Made by a program: the position numbers and the translations under genes | Notes under the pieces: model-generated | What the model was told of the DNA's origin: nothing | The model's input: the letters and a program-made list of their open reading frames with translations, nothing else | Database searches by the model: none | DNA from: Macrostomum lignano | Lineage: Eukaryota | Assembly (NCBI GenBank): GCA_002269645.1 | Contig: NIVC01000853.1 | Span: 62,001 to 126,000, forward strand | Length of the DNA stretch: 64,000 bases | Reading direction: 5' to 3' | In this document: positions 12,001-23,869 of the stretch, in pieces | How the letters are laid out: each line of letters opens with the position of its first letter | Numbering within the stretch: position 1 is the stretch's first letter

Positions 12001-15000
12001 TTTAGGGCTGATGATCATAGTTGGTGTTAAGGGATGATGATCATGGTTGGTGTTTAGGGATGATGATCATGGTTGGTGTTTAGGGATGATGATCATGGTT
12101 GGTGTTTAGGGCTGATGATCATGGTTGGTGTTTAGGGCTGATGATCATAGTTGGTGTTTAGGGCTGATGATCATAGTTGGTGTTTAGGGCTGATGATCAT
12201 AGTTGGTGTTTAGGGCTGATGATCATAGTTGGTGTTTAGGGATGATGATCATGGTTGGTGTTTAGGGATGATGATCATAGTTGGTGTTTAGGGATGACGA
12301 TCATGGTTGGTGTTTAGGGCTGATGATCATAGTTGGTGTTTAGGGCTGATGATCATGGTTGGTGTTTAGGGATGATGATCATGGTTGGTGTTTAGGGCTG
12401 ATGATCATGGTTGGTGTTTAGGGCTGATGATCATAGTTGGTGTTTAGGGCTGATGATCATAGTTGGTGTTTAGGGCTGATGATCATAGTTGGTGTTTAGG
12501 GCTGATGATAATAGTTGGTGTTTAGGGATGATGATCATGGTTGGTGTTTAGGGATGATGATCATAGTTGGTGTTTAGGGATGACGATCATGGTTGGTGTT
12601 TAGGGCTGATGATCATGGTTGGTGTTTAGGGCTGATGATCATGGTTGGTGTTTAGGGCTGATGATCATAGTTGGTGTTTAGGGCTGATGATCATAGTTGG
12701 TGTTTAGGGCTGATGATCATAGTTGGTGTTTAGGGCTGATGATCATAGTTGGTGTTTAGGGCTGATGATCATAGTTGGTGTTTAGGGATGATGATCATGG
12801 TTGGTGTTTAGGGATGATGATCATAGTTGGTGTTTAGGGATGACGATCATGGTTGGTGTTTAGGGCTGATGATCATAGTTGGTGTTTAGGGCTGATGATC
12901 ATGGTTGGTGTTTAGGGCTGATGATCATAGTTGGTGTTTAGGGATAATGATCATGGTTGGTGTTTAGGGCTGATGATCATAGTTGGTGTTTAGGGATGAT
13001 GATCATAGTTGGTGTTTAGGGATGATGATCATGGTTGGTGTTTAGGGATGATGATCATGGTTGGTGTTTAGGGATAATGATCATAGTTGGTGTTTAGGGC
13101 TGATGATCATAGTTGGTGTTTAGGGCTGATGATCATGGTTGGTGTTTAGGGCTGATGATCATAGTTGGTGTTTAGGGATGATGATCATGGTTGGTGTTTA
13201 GGGATGATGATCATGGTTGGTGTTTAGGGATAATGATCATAGTTGGTGTTTAGGGCTGATGATCATGGTTGGTGTTTAGGGCTGATGATCATAGTTGGTG
13301 TTTAGGGCTGATGATCATAGTTGGTGTTTAGGGATGATGATCATGGTTGGTGTTTAGGGATGATGATCATAGTTGGTGTTTAGGGATGACGATCATGGTT
13401 GGTGTTTAGGGCTGATGATCATAGTTGGTGTTTAGGGCTGATGATCATGGTTGGTGTTTAGGGCTGATGATCATAGTTGGTGTTTAGGGATAATGATCAT
13501 GGTTGGTGTTTAGGGCTGATGATCATAGTTGGTGTTTAGGGATGATGATCATAGTTGGTGTTTAGGGATGATGATCATGGTTGGTGTTTAGGGATGATGA
13601 TCATGGTTGGTGTTTAGGGATAATGATCATAGTTGGTGTTTAGGGCTGATGATCATGGTTGGTGTTTAGGGATAATGATCATAGTTGGTGTTTAGGGCTG
13701 ATGATCATAGTTGGTGTTTAGGGCTGATGATCATGGTTGGTGTTTAGGGCTGATGATCATAGTTGGTGTTTAGGGATGATGATCATGGTTGGTGTTTAGG
13801 GATGATGATCATAGTTGGTGTTTAGGGATGATGATCATAGTTGGTGTTTAGGGCTGATGATCATGGTTGGTGTTTAGGGCTGATGATCATAGTTGGTGTT
13901 TAGGGCTGATGATCATGGTTGGTGTTTAGGGCTGATGATCATAGTTGGTGTTTAGGGCTGATGATCATGGTTGGTGTTTAGGGATAATGATCATAGTTGG
14001 TGTTTAGGGCTGATGATCATGGTTGGTGTTTAGGGCTGATGATCATGGTTGGTGTTTAGGGCTGATGATCATAGTTGGTGTTTAGGGCTGATGATCATAG
14101 TTGGTGTTTAGGGATGATGATCATAGTTGGTGTTTAGGGATGATGATCATGGTTGGTGTTTAGGGATGATGATCATGGTTGGTGTTTAGGGATAATGATC
14201 ATAGTTGGTGTTTAGGGCTGATGATCATGGTTGGTGTTTAGGGATAATGATCATAGTTGGTGTTTAGGGCTGATGATCATAGTTGGTGTTTAGGGCTGAT
14301 GATCATGGTTGGTGTTTAGGGCTGATGATCATAGTTGGTGTTTAGGGATGATGATCATGGTTGGTGTTTAGGGATGATGATCATGGTTGGTGTTTAGGGA
14401 TAATGATCATAGTTGGTGTTTAGGGCTGATGATCATGGTTGGTGTTTAGGGCTGATGATCATAGTTGGTGTTTAGGGCTGATGATCATGGTTGGTGTTTA
14501 GGGATAATGATCATAGTTGGTGTTTAGGGCTGATGATCATGGTTGGTGTTTAGGGCTGATGATCATGGTTGGTGTTTAGGGCTGATGATCATAGTTGGTG
14601 TTTAGGGCTGATGATCATAGTTGGTGTTTAGGGATGATGATCATAGTTGGTGTTTAGGGATGATGATCAGGGCTGATGTTCAGGGTTGATGTTCAGGGCG
14701 GATGTTCAGGGCGGATGTTCAGGGCTGATGTTTAGGGCGGATGTTCAGGGCGGATGTTCAGGGCGGATGTTCAGGGCGGATGTTCAGGACTGTTCAGGGC
14801 CGTATGTCGGACTGTTAGTTTAGTGAAGACTTAGGAGACTATTGAACTAAAATGGCACACCATTCTGACACCTTAGTGATGCCATTATCAACTAACCCGC
14901 ATCGCAGGCCAGAGACCCCGCTCACCCTTAGTCACGGAGGCCACGTCTTCGTAAAAGCCGGCAATGATGGCCACGTGACCCGGCCGCGATTCGGTCGGCA

Positions 15001-17053
15001 CCCGGGTGTGCGACAGGCCCCACGAGCCGGAGCGGCGCAGCACGCCTCTGCGGGGGTCGGTGATGAAATCCGGGGGTAAGAGTACATGCAGTCACGGGGT
15101 GATGAGATCCGGGGGTAAGAGTACATGCAGTCACGGGGTGATGAAATCCGGGGGTAAGAGTACATGCAGTCACGGGGTGATGAGATCCGGGGGTAAGAGT
15201 ACATGCAGTCACGGGGTGTGATGGAATCAGGGGTTAAGAGTACATGCAGTCACGGAGTGATGAAATCCGGGGGTAAGAGTACATGCAGTCACGGGGTGAT
15301 GAAATCAGGGGTAAGAGTACATGCAGTCACGGGGTGATGAGATCCGGGGGTAAGAGTACATGCAGTCACGGGGGTGATGAAATCCGGGGGTAAGAGTACA
15401 TGCAGTCACGGGGTGATGAGATCCGGGGGTAAGAGTACATGCAGTCACGGGGCGTGATGAAATCCGGGGGTAAGAGTACATGCAGTCACGGGGTGTGATG
15501 GAATCAGGGGTTAAGAGTACATGCAGTCACGGAGTGATGAAATCCGGGGGTAAGAGTACATGCAGTCACGGGGTGATGAAATCAGGGGGTAAGAGTACAT
15601 GCAGTCACGGGGTGATGAGATCCGGGGGTAAGAGTACATGCAGTCACGGGGGTGATGAAATCCGGGGGTAAGAGTACATGCAGTCACGGGGTGATGAGAT
15701 CCGGGGGTAAGAGTACATGCAGTCACGGGGCGTGATGAAATCCGGGGGTAAGAGTACATGCAGTCACGGGGTGTGATGAAATCCGGGGGTAAGAGTACAT
15801 GCAGTCACGGGGTAATGAAATCCGGGGGTAAGAGTACATGCAGTCACGGGGTGATGAAAAAATTAGAAAGTCAGGGCTATAAAACTCGATTAAAATTCTA
15901 ATTGAGTCGTCAAAATAATCGATATTAAAAATATTTTAAAGCCTAAGACTTCCCGATTTGGTGTTTTTTCTAATATGCGGTTTTTGGCGGAGCAGAAAAA
16001 ACTGCTTTAAAAAAGTACACTGTGGAGAGTTAGAAAGAGCTGCAATTTCCTTTGCCAGTTTCTGTCAATAAACTTGTCAAACTGCCTCTGCTCTTCGGAC
16101 CAAGCACAGCACATTGGTTTCCTGTGGATGTACTCTGCGCAGAACAGTGTCAGTTTTTGCATCTAAAAACAAAAAACTTACTACAGTTTTTTTTATAAAG
16201 TACCAAAAATTATTTTACAACCCGCAGTCCTGGACAAACCAGTCGCCTTCTGTAGACAGTCCTTCCGGTACAACCTCAAATACTATAACAACTGTATGGG
16301 CCACTCAGCCATATTGGCTAAAACTGTGTCTCTACTTTCAGCTCAGTAGCAAGGCAGAATGCGTCAGCTATTTTGTAAAAAGACAGGCAGTTGGAGTGAC
16401 TCACAGACGCCAACACAACTGGCTATTCGTGCAGCTGTAATGTACATTAGCCAGCCAGAGCCACTGAGAATGTACATGCCAGCTTTAGACTGGAACACCG
16501 ACGAGGGCAATAAAACCGAGCGGCTGGGGGTGGGGGGTCAGAGGGCCAATAAATGAGTATCGTCTTAAAATACGTTAAAATGCGTCCAGTTAAACTGCCT
16601 ACTGAACTGGAAGTTGCTTATGCGCAAATATGCTGACTGGTACCATCTAGTTATTACTAGTCTACATCGACTCATTTGAAACCAATTCTCAGGCCGAATT
16701 CCTCTGTATTAGTTTAAAGTTATTAATGAACTACTAACAGTAGAGAGAATGCAACGATAAAGCACAAGAAACGAAGAAAAATCCTACTTTAAAAACGGCA
16801 TCGCGTCCAGGTTGCCAAACACTTTGTCGGCCCGAATGCCGTCAGCTACGAACAGGACTAGGCGCTTGGCTGTTGCCGCGCCGGCATCCGCCCCCGAGTC
16901 CGCCCCGGCGGGATAGGGCGATTCGGCGGTGCGCAGTTGAACAAACGATCGGGACTTGACCAGCTCGGAGGTGAAGTAGATGTCAAATATGGAGTAGAAT
17001 AGCAGCAGGTGCAGCAGCACCGCTAGAAGGCCGGCGGTCCAGGCCGGGGCAGC
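65..17053 (-). CDS. PIGN: GPI ethanolamine phosphate transferase 1 (PIGN/MCD4), 14 exons, ~950 aa; 1-nt frameshift in exon 3 as sequenced
   Basis: Exons (minus): 17053-16788, 15047-14926, 11849-11651, 11498-11377, 10997-10640, 7408-7178, 6139-6060, 4905-4730, 3633-3243, 2475-2391, 2107-1667, 1339-1284, 1195-1120, 316-65. All are GT-AG with matching phases except exon 3 (199 nt, 200 needed). Family motifs: [116 protein letters not shown]. Confidence 0.95.
322..1086. repeat. 22-bp minisatellite GGGGTGAGAAGGGCGATTATTT
   Basis: About 35 copies in PIGN intron 13, abutting the acceptor. Confidence 0.97.
1340..1666 (-). other. U12-type (minor spliceosome) GT-AG intron, PIGN intron 11
   Basis: 5' splice site TTT|GTATCCTTG at 1666; branch site TTTTCCTTAACT (core 1364-1356); in-frame acceptor CATCAG| at 1342-1340; no polypyrimidine tract between branch site and AG. 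Confidence 0.9.
1420..1628. repeat. 36-bp minisatellite CTAACAAAGACCTGAGAGTCAGGGGTCAATAACCCA
   Basis: About 6 copies inside the U12 intron. Confidence 0.9.
2220..2385. repeat. CT-rich low-complexity / 30-bp repeat
   Basis: CTCATCTCCATCACTCTCATCTCCCTCATT about 2-3 copies, PIGN intron 10. Confidence 0.75.
2590..3242. repeat. 32-bp minisatellite CACAGCAGACCCAATCCCAGCACCGGGGATCA
   Basis: About 20 copies starting at the PIGN intron 9 donor. Confidence 0.97.
3772..4693. repeat. 16-bp minisatellite CTGACTCAATCTCACC with 160-bp higher-order repeat
   Basis: About 57 copies in PIGN intron 8; a variant block recurs at 4031, 4191 and 4351. Confidence 0.97.
4928..6059. repeat. 20-bp minisatellite TGAGCTGACTGTAATGTGTY
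   Basis: About 56 copies filling PIGN intron 7 from the donor. Confidence 0.98.
6587..6928. repeat. 20-bp minisatellite CTTCCCAGCGTCACTCCTTC
   Basis: About 17 copies, PIGN intron 6. Confidence 0.97.
6932..7172. repeat. 20-bp minisatellite AAGYCCAACCCATCCCWCCA (G-run rich on minus strand)
   Basis: About 12 copies starting at the PIGN intron 6 donor. Confidence 0.97.
7412..8512. repeat. 22-bp minisatellite GAGCAATTGGGGATTCCGGTTT
   Basis: About 50 copies ending at the PIGN intron 5 acceptor. Confidence 0.97.
9845..10632. repeat. 23-bp minisatellite GGTCACAGGAAGGGCACAGGTTG
   Basis: About 34 copies starting at the PIGN intron 5 donor. Confidence 0.97.
11078..11290. repeat. 38-bp minisatellite GGGGTCAATGACCTCTGTGACGCCTTACAGTTGGGTCA
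   Basis: About 5 copies, PIGN intron 4. Confidence 0.93.
11990..14800. repeat. 26-bp minisatellite GTTGGTGTTTAGGGMTGATGATCATR, followed by 13-bp CAGGGCGGATGTT
   Basis: About 100 copies plus about 10 short units, PIGN intron 2. Confidence 0.98.
15060..15858. repeat. 39-bp minisatellite TCACGGGGTGATGAAATCCGGGGGTAAGAGTACATGCAG
   Basis: About 20 copies ending about 10 nt from the PIGN intron 1 acceptor. Confidence 0.97.
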
Positions 17054-17929
17054 CTGAGGGAGGAGTTAATTACTATTTGCACTAGAGGCAAATGGACTAG
17101 CGGGTTACTAATGATGCTTGAGCTAATAAGCCTGAGTGCTGACTGGCAAACAGAAATGTGAAGCAAGAAAAGGAGATCGGAAGCTGCCACACTATCATGA
17201 CTTAACCATTGACATTTCATGTTGTGAAGTGATTGCGTTTGATTCAGTTATCATTTAGTTGAGCTAGTTGAAACTGGTTGAGGGGTTACGGGATGCATGT
17301 GGTCTCAAGCAGCTGCTAGTGTAAGCAATCCGCGGTCGTTCTTCTAAGAGTAGAAGAAACGTATTTGATAATTAGGACACCCGTCAGCTACAAGACTCAA
17401 AAATATATTTATAGAAACGAAAAGACGAAATTGAATAGAGCACGCAGTGGCATCCATACAGTGCAGGGGTGTCAAAGAAACAGCTACAGACGCACGTGAC
17501 AAAGGATCGCTTATTGTGCGACGTCACGACCCGTCCAGTGTAAGACAGAAGACGCGATGCTGAACCAGCTGGTTAATGAAAGGGCAGTCAGACATAGTGC
17601 CCTCATTCATCCTCACAAGCCGCTGTAGTGCAGCAGGAGAAAGCTATCTACTATTCCTTCCCCCATCCCCCACAATTAAACCCCTCATCTAATGCAGCAG
17701 GTAGACACGAACACAAATACGTCACAGCGTTTTGCATCACGCAAAAACATTTGCTAAACCGTTTTCCTTTGCAGTTCCCTTCAACTCGGGACGAGCAGAG
17801 TTTAGTGATAAATTTCGTCACGAGGAATATTTAAAAGGTGTTAGCTCGTAATAGTGCGATTATTTCAAGTGGAAAAGATTTAAACTGTGTATCTTTATCA
17901 AAGATGGGGTGTGCATTTAGCACAAAGTG

Positions 17930-18537
17930 GCGCAAGGAAATATGCTGGATTCAGCGCAAATACCGCAAGGAAATATGCTGGATTCAGTGCGGAATGACGC
18001 AAGGAAATATGCTGGATTCAGTGCGGAATGATGCAAGGAAATATGCTGGATTCAGTGCGGAATGACGCGAGGAAATATGCTGGATTCAGTGCGGAATGAC
18101 GCAAGGAAATATGCTGGATTCAGTGCGGAATGACGCAAGGAAATATGCTGGATTCAGTGCGGAATGATGCAAGGAAATATGCTGGATTCAGTGCGGAATG
18201 ATGCAAGGAAATATGCTGGATTCAGTGCGGAATGATGCAAGGAAATATGCTGGATTCAGTGCGGAATGACGCGAGGAAATATGCTGGATTCAGTGCGGAA
18301 TGACGCAAGGAAATATGCTGGATTCAGTGCGGAATGACGCAAGGAAATATGCTGGATTCAGTGCGGAATGATGCAAGGAAATATGCTGGATTCAGTGCGG
18401 AATGATGCAAGGAAATATGCTGGATTCAGTGCGGAATGACGCGAGGAAATATGCTGGATTCAGTGCGGAATGACGCAAGGAAATATGCTGGATTCAGTGC
18501 GGAATGACGCAAGGAAATATGCTGGATTCAGCGCAAA
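17930..18537. repeat. 34-bp minisatellite GCAAGGAAATATGCTGGATTCAGTGCGGAATGAY
   Basis: About 18 copies. Confidence 0.97.
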
Positions 18538-18869
18538 TGCCCGACCTAGTGTCAGATTAATTCTATCTGTCAGCAATGCATCTGCATGGCTTGGCACTCG
18601 CATAGCTTGCTAATCCTTGATCGCATTGGTCCATTATCACCCCTTTACCCATTGGGCCAGATTGCCCGGATTTTACAGTCGAACACTAATGAATAATTCA
18701 AGTCTATTTTTTATCATTTCAATGCAAAAGCGTTCACATGGCCGGCGATGAAAGGTTTATATACAAAATTATAGTAAAATTTCTGGAAAAATTTATATGA
18801 CGTGAAAAAAAGAATGAAAACAGACAGCTTCGTGAGCTGAAGTCGATTTTTAGTGGTAAGCTAGCTATA

Positions 18870-19222
18870 TGGCGATATTCTGGCAGGCGATTCCTACTGA
18901 CAGGTGAAGGGCGATATTCTGGGAGGCGATTTCTACTGACAGGTGAAGGGAGATATTCTGGGAGGCGATTCCTACTGACAGGTGAAGGGAGATATTCTGG
19001 GAGGCGATTCCTACTGACAGGTGAAGGGAGATATTCTGGGAGGCGATTCCTACTGACAGGTGAAGGGCGATATTCTGGGAGGCGATTCCTACTGACAGGT
19101 GAAGGGCGATATTCTGGCAGGCGATTCCTACTGACAGGTGAAGGGCGATATTCTGGCAGGCGATTCCTACTGACAGGTGAAGGGCGATATTCTGGGAGGC
19201 GATTTCTACTGACAGGTGAAAG
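18870..19222. repeat. 39-bp minisatellite GGCGATATTCTGGGAGGCGATTCCTACTGACAGGTGAAG
   Basis: About 9 copies. Confidence 0.97.
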
Positions 19223-19714
19223 ATTTCGAAACAGGAAAGTATAAAAATAAAAACTAAAGATGAGTAAAATCTACACACAAACAGAGAGCAATGACCCACC
19301 ATTCTATAATAATAAAACGTGCGCGCAGACGAAAGGAGGCTGGTTGAGCGAGAGCATAAATAAAGCAATTACTGCCCTATTAAAATAATGATTTATGACA
19401 GTCTCTTAAGCATCATCAAAGAGGGGGCGGATAATTAAACCGCACGTGGCTAACGACCGGGCCCAGAAAGAAAATAGGCAAGAACCTTCTTCTCTTTGAC
19501 AAAGAATCGGTCGGTCAGGGCGGATGGCCAAATAAAATAGACTCCTCCCCTGATCATAAGATGCAGATATTAAACTATACACTGTGCCATTAGGGAAAAT
19601 TCTGTTTACAGTCCTACGACGTAATAATGGTGTATTTACAGCTCAGGGTTATAAAGAATTGCATAGCTAAAACTAATTTTATTAGTGCTCAGCAGTCCAC
19701 GCAATGCTGAATGC

Positions 19715-20585
19715 ATGAAACTAGTAGAATTCTAATGTTATGTGAAACTGGAATTTTAACATCATGTGAAGCTGGAATTCTTATGTCATGTGAAGCTGGA
19801 ATTCTGATGTCATGTGAAGCTGGAATTCTAATGTCCTGTGAAGCTGGAATTCTGATGTCTTGTGAAGCTGGAGTTCTGATGTCTTGTGAAGCTGGAATTC
19901 TGATGTCTTGTGAAGCTGGAATTCTAATGTCTTGTGAAGCTGGAATTCTAATGTCTTGTGAAGCTGGAATTCTAATGTCTTGTGAAGCTGGAATTCTAAT
20001 GTCTTGTGAAGCTGGAATTCTAATGTCCTGTGAAGCTGGAATTCTGATGTCTTGTGAAGCTGGAATTCTGATGTCATGTGAAGCTGGAATTCTGATGTCA
20101 TGTGAAGCTGGAATTCTAATGTCTTCGGAAGCTGGAATTCTGATGTCTTGTGAAGCTGGAATTCTGATGTCATGTGAAGCTGGAATTCTGATGTCTTGTG
20201 AAGCTGGAATTCTGATGTCCTGTGAAGCTGGAATTCTGATGTCTTGTGAAGCTGGAATTCTAATGTCTTGTGAAGCTGGAATTCTGATGTCTTGTGAAGC
20301 TGGAATTCTAATGTCTTGTGAAGCTGGAATTCTGATGTCATGTGAAGACTGGAATTCTAATGTCCTGTGAAGCTGGAATTCTGATGTCATGTGAAGACTG
20401 GAATTCTAATGTCTTGTGAAGCTGGAATTCTGATGTCATGTGAAGACTGGAATTCTAATGTCCTGTGAAGCTGGAATTCTGATGTCATGTGAAGACTGGA
20501 ATTCTAATGTCCTGTGAAGCTGGAATTCTGATGTCATGTGAAGACTGGAATTCTAATGTCCTGTGAAGCTGGAATTCTAATGTCT
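19715..20585. repeat. 24-bp minisatellite TGTGAAGCTGGAATTCTGATGTCT
   Basis: About 36 copies; alternates with a 25-bp GAAGACT variant after about 20340. Confidence 0.97.
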
Positions 20586-21279
20586 AATAATGTATAATGC
20601 TGGTCTCCTTGACTAATGCCTCGTAATTTACAGCTGGTACCACACAAGATATATGCAATGATAAAACGAAGTTTACAGTTTGCAAAGTACACAAAATATA
20701 TATCTTGGCTACATCTTCGAGCCCGCATGCCCCCAGATCTCGGATACGGGGTAATTTCCGTCAAAGATAGCTAGTAACGCAGTCCAGTCTGCAGCTGCGT
20801 TGGCTCAGCAAGTGAGTCTGAGAAGCCACTGCGGAAAGATACATCTCGCCATAGAGATACAACAGCCCAGAAAGCGAGAGACAGAGTAACTCGAGAAGCT
20901 CAAGCCCGCATTAAAATCACGCAGGCAGTATACACACGGGAAAACACTGCAGAAAGGATAAAAGCGAACAGAATGCGCGATCGTACTGAAACAGCTGACT
21001 GACTCCAGCATTCATTGGCCACAGCGCTTTTTTGCCGATTTACGTCACAAGCCGAGGCATTGGCTGCGGGCGGCCTGGATTGCATGCGCAATGCCGAAAA
21101 GGGAGAATTATCCCGCATCCGAGCTATGTGCGAGGAGAAGGGATGATGGAGCCGGGAGGCTGCGAGAGGGGGTATAAAAATTCCTAAAAATGCTGTTTTA
21201 AACCTGCCTGCCTGAAGAATCGCTGCTAAACAATCAGAACGCACTTCCCACTGCTCCATTGTAGCTAAGAACTGTAGCA

Positions 21280-22689
21280 ATGCTGCCGGCAAACAATTCA
21301 GCTCAGGACAAACAGAAGGAAACTCTGAATGTTGAGAGTCAAAAGCATACTAGTAGACTGCGCTCGGTGAGTTGCGCGGGTGTCTCCATAGCATGACTGA
21401 CCAACAAAAGCATCTCAGGAAGGTGTCTCCATAGCATGACTGACAAACAAAAGCATCTCAGGAAGGTGTCTCCATAGCACGACTGACCAACAAAAGCATC
21501 TCAGGCGGGTGTCTCCATAGCATGACTGACCAACAAAAGCATCTCAGGAAGGTGTCTCCATAGCATGACTGACAAACAAAAGCATCTCAGGCGGGTGTCT
21601 CCATAGCATGACTGACCAACAAAAGCATCTCAGGAAGGTGTCTCCATAGCATGACTGACAAACAAGAGCATCTCAGGCGGGTGTCTCCATAGAATGACTG
21701 ACAAACAAGAGCATCTCAGGCGGGTGTCTCCATAGAATGACTGACAAACAAGAGCATCTCAGGCGGGTGTCTCCATAGAATGACTGACAAACAAGAGCTT
21801 CTCAGGCGGGTGTCTCCATAGAATGACTGACAAACAAGAGCTTCTCAGGCGGGTGTCTCCATAGAATGACTGACAAACAAGAGCTTCTCAGGCGGGTGTC
21901 TCCATAGAATGACTGACAAACAAGAGCATCTCAGGAAGGTGTCTCCATAGAATGACTGACAAACAAGAGCTTCTCAGGCGGGTGTCTCCATAGAATGACT
22001 GACAAACAAGAGCTTCTCAGGCGGGTGTCTCCATAGAATGACTGACAAACAAGAGCTTCTCAGGCGGGTATCTCCATAGAATGACTGACAAACAAGAGCA
22101 TCTCAGGAGGGTGTCTCCATAGCATGACTGACCAACAAGAGTATCTCAGGAGGCTGCCTTCACAACTTGACCGAACCTCCTGACTCAAGAAGAAAAGCTT
22201 CTTTTTAGTAATCTTTGCAAAAAAACCCGTTTATAAAATCAGGCAATCGTGTCCACCGGCCGATCGGCGCTGCGATGCCTGCGAGTCGGCGATTCGTCCG
22301 TGCAGCTGTCCGACAGCGACCGTGAAGAGTTGGTGGTCGCCCATCGCTACCTGTGGATCAGCGCGGCCGTATTAGCTGTATTAATAGTCACCGCCGTGAA
22401 CCTTTTGCCGAAAAAGTTCAACTTTCCGATTCACCCGTCAGTAATACTGCTCACTGTGCCGGCATCCGTGTGCATCATCGGCATGGTGACTGGCTGCTGC
22501 CTGCACGCCAGAGTCTACCAGAGGAACTGCCGACACAGCAGCGGTAGCGGCCACTTTAGTTGCTGCTGCTGCTGCGGCAGAGCCGGCCGAGGAGGCGACA
22601 GAGACGGCGGCTACCTGCTGCAGCCGATGGTACGCGCTGGCGGCGTTGGGCCAAGCGAGACTCAAGAGAGCTTAGCCTTGAACGGTTGA
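21280..22689 (+). CDS. Orphan two-transmembrane protein, 2 exons, ~177 aa
   Basis: Exon 1 21280-21366 (ATG...TCG|GTGAGT, phase 0) and exon 2 22243-22689 (ATCAG|GCA, phase 0) join in frame. Two hydrophobic segments (YLWISAAVLAVLIVTAVNLL; VILLTVPASVCIIGMVTGCCL) and a Cys-rich tail. TATA-like GTATAAAA near 21173. Confidence 0.6.
21378..22152. repeat. 43-bp minisatellite GGGTGTCTCCATAGAATGACTGACAAACAAGAGCTTCTCAGGC
   Basis: About 18 copies starting about 11 nt after the donor at 21367. Confidence 0.97.
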
Positions 22690-23318
22690 GGCTAGACCAA
22701 AGACACTGTGACTTTGCATTCCACCGACCGTGTGAGCAGTGAAGCAGCCACTTTGTGGTGAAACAGAGTGGACGGCTCGTTCTAGTTTCCGTCGTACCTT
22801 ACTAAACGGCATGATAATTGTTCCATTAAAAGTTAGCAACGGACGCTTTTTCATTTTCATTTTAGCACCCCTTCGTTCGTTTGTAAATTTGTAGTTCTTT
22901 GAGTTTCGAAATGGTTTATTCCTGAAAATTTCATTTCATTGTTGCGTACGTGTTCGACCTTCGCGTCAACTTGAGCAAAGCATCGCTACGGACAATAGAA
23001 AATTATTTTACACTAGCAACATAAATGTGTAGCATAGTTGATCTATCAGTGTCAGAGTTACATCTGGTGGAAATATATACATGTACCGTCCATACATCTC
23101 TACACAATAGGGCAGTCTCGTAAACACAGCAAGCAACAATTGGTGCCGAAATGCAGTTGAAAGGAAATCGAAAAAATGGGATCAAGGAAGAGGCACAGTA
23201 GCAATAGAAATAATAAAGAGTGTAGAAACTGAAAATTTCAACAATGCGATTCATTCATTCAGTGTCAGTCATTGTAATACCAGTAGCGTGCTAACTAGTA
23301 CAGAACCTACGACAGGAC

Positions 23319-23570
23319 AGGGATTAGAGTAGAAAGGTGTAAAAGTGCAGGGATTAGAGTAGAAAGGTGTAAAAGTGCAGGGATTAGAGTAGAAAGGTGT
23401 AAAAGTGCAGGGATTAGAGTAGAAAGGTGTAAAAGTGCAGGGATTAGAGTAGAAAGGTGTAAAAGTGCAGGGATTAGAGTAGAAAGGTGTAAAAGTGCAG
23501 GGATTAGAGTAGAAAGGTGTAAAAGTGCAGGGATTAGAGTAGAAGCGTGTAAAAGTAAAGGGATTTAATA
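23319..23570. repeat. 30-bp minisatellite GGGATTAGAGTAGAAAGGTGTAAAAGTGCA
   Basis: About 8 near-perfect copies. Confidence 0.97.
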
Positions 23571-23869
23571 GAAAGGTAAGAAAGGTTTAAGAGTCCAGGG
23601 ATTAGAGTAGATAGGTGTAAAGGTTGTAACTGCAAATTATGCATAGTACACTCACAATAAGAAGGGAGAAATTGATAACCAGCAAAGCAAAGGTGCGACA
23701 AGGTGCGATATTGTACACAATACTGCATATTGTACACAAAAATTGTCAAACTAAGTACTCGTAAATTAGAGGATTAAAATATTTTGCTTATTAATTGATT
23801 AATTTTATCCCGATGCAAGATTACAGGGACTGATCTAGTATCCCATGATTCAAATCCTGAACCCAATGA

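Noticed and set aside
11990-14670. Telomere or interstitial telomeric tract
   Set aside because: TTAGGG is not tandem; it is one motif per 26-bp unit.
17338-17372. Small hairpin TTCTTCTA/TAGAAGAA as an SL RNA or snRNA gene
   Set aside because: Only an 8-bp stem; no donor site plus Sm-site arrangement seen.
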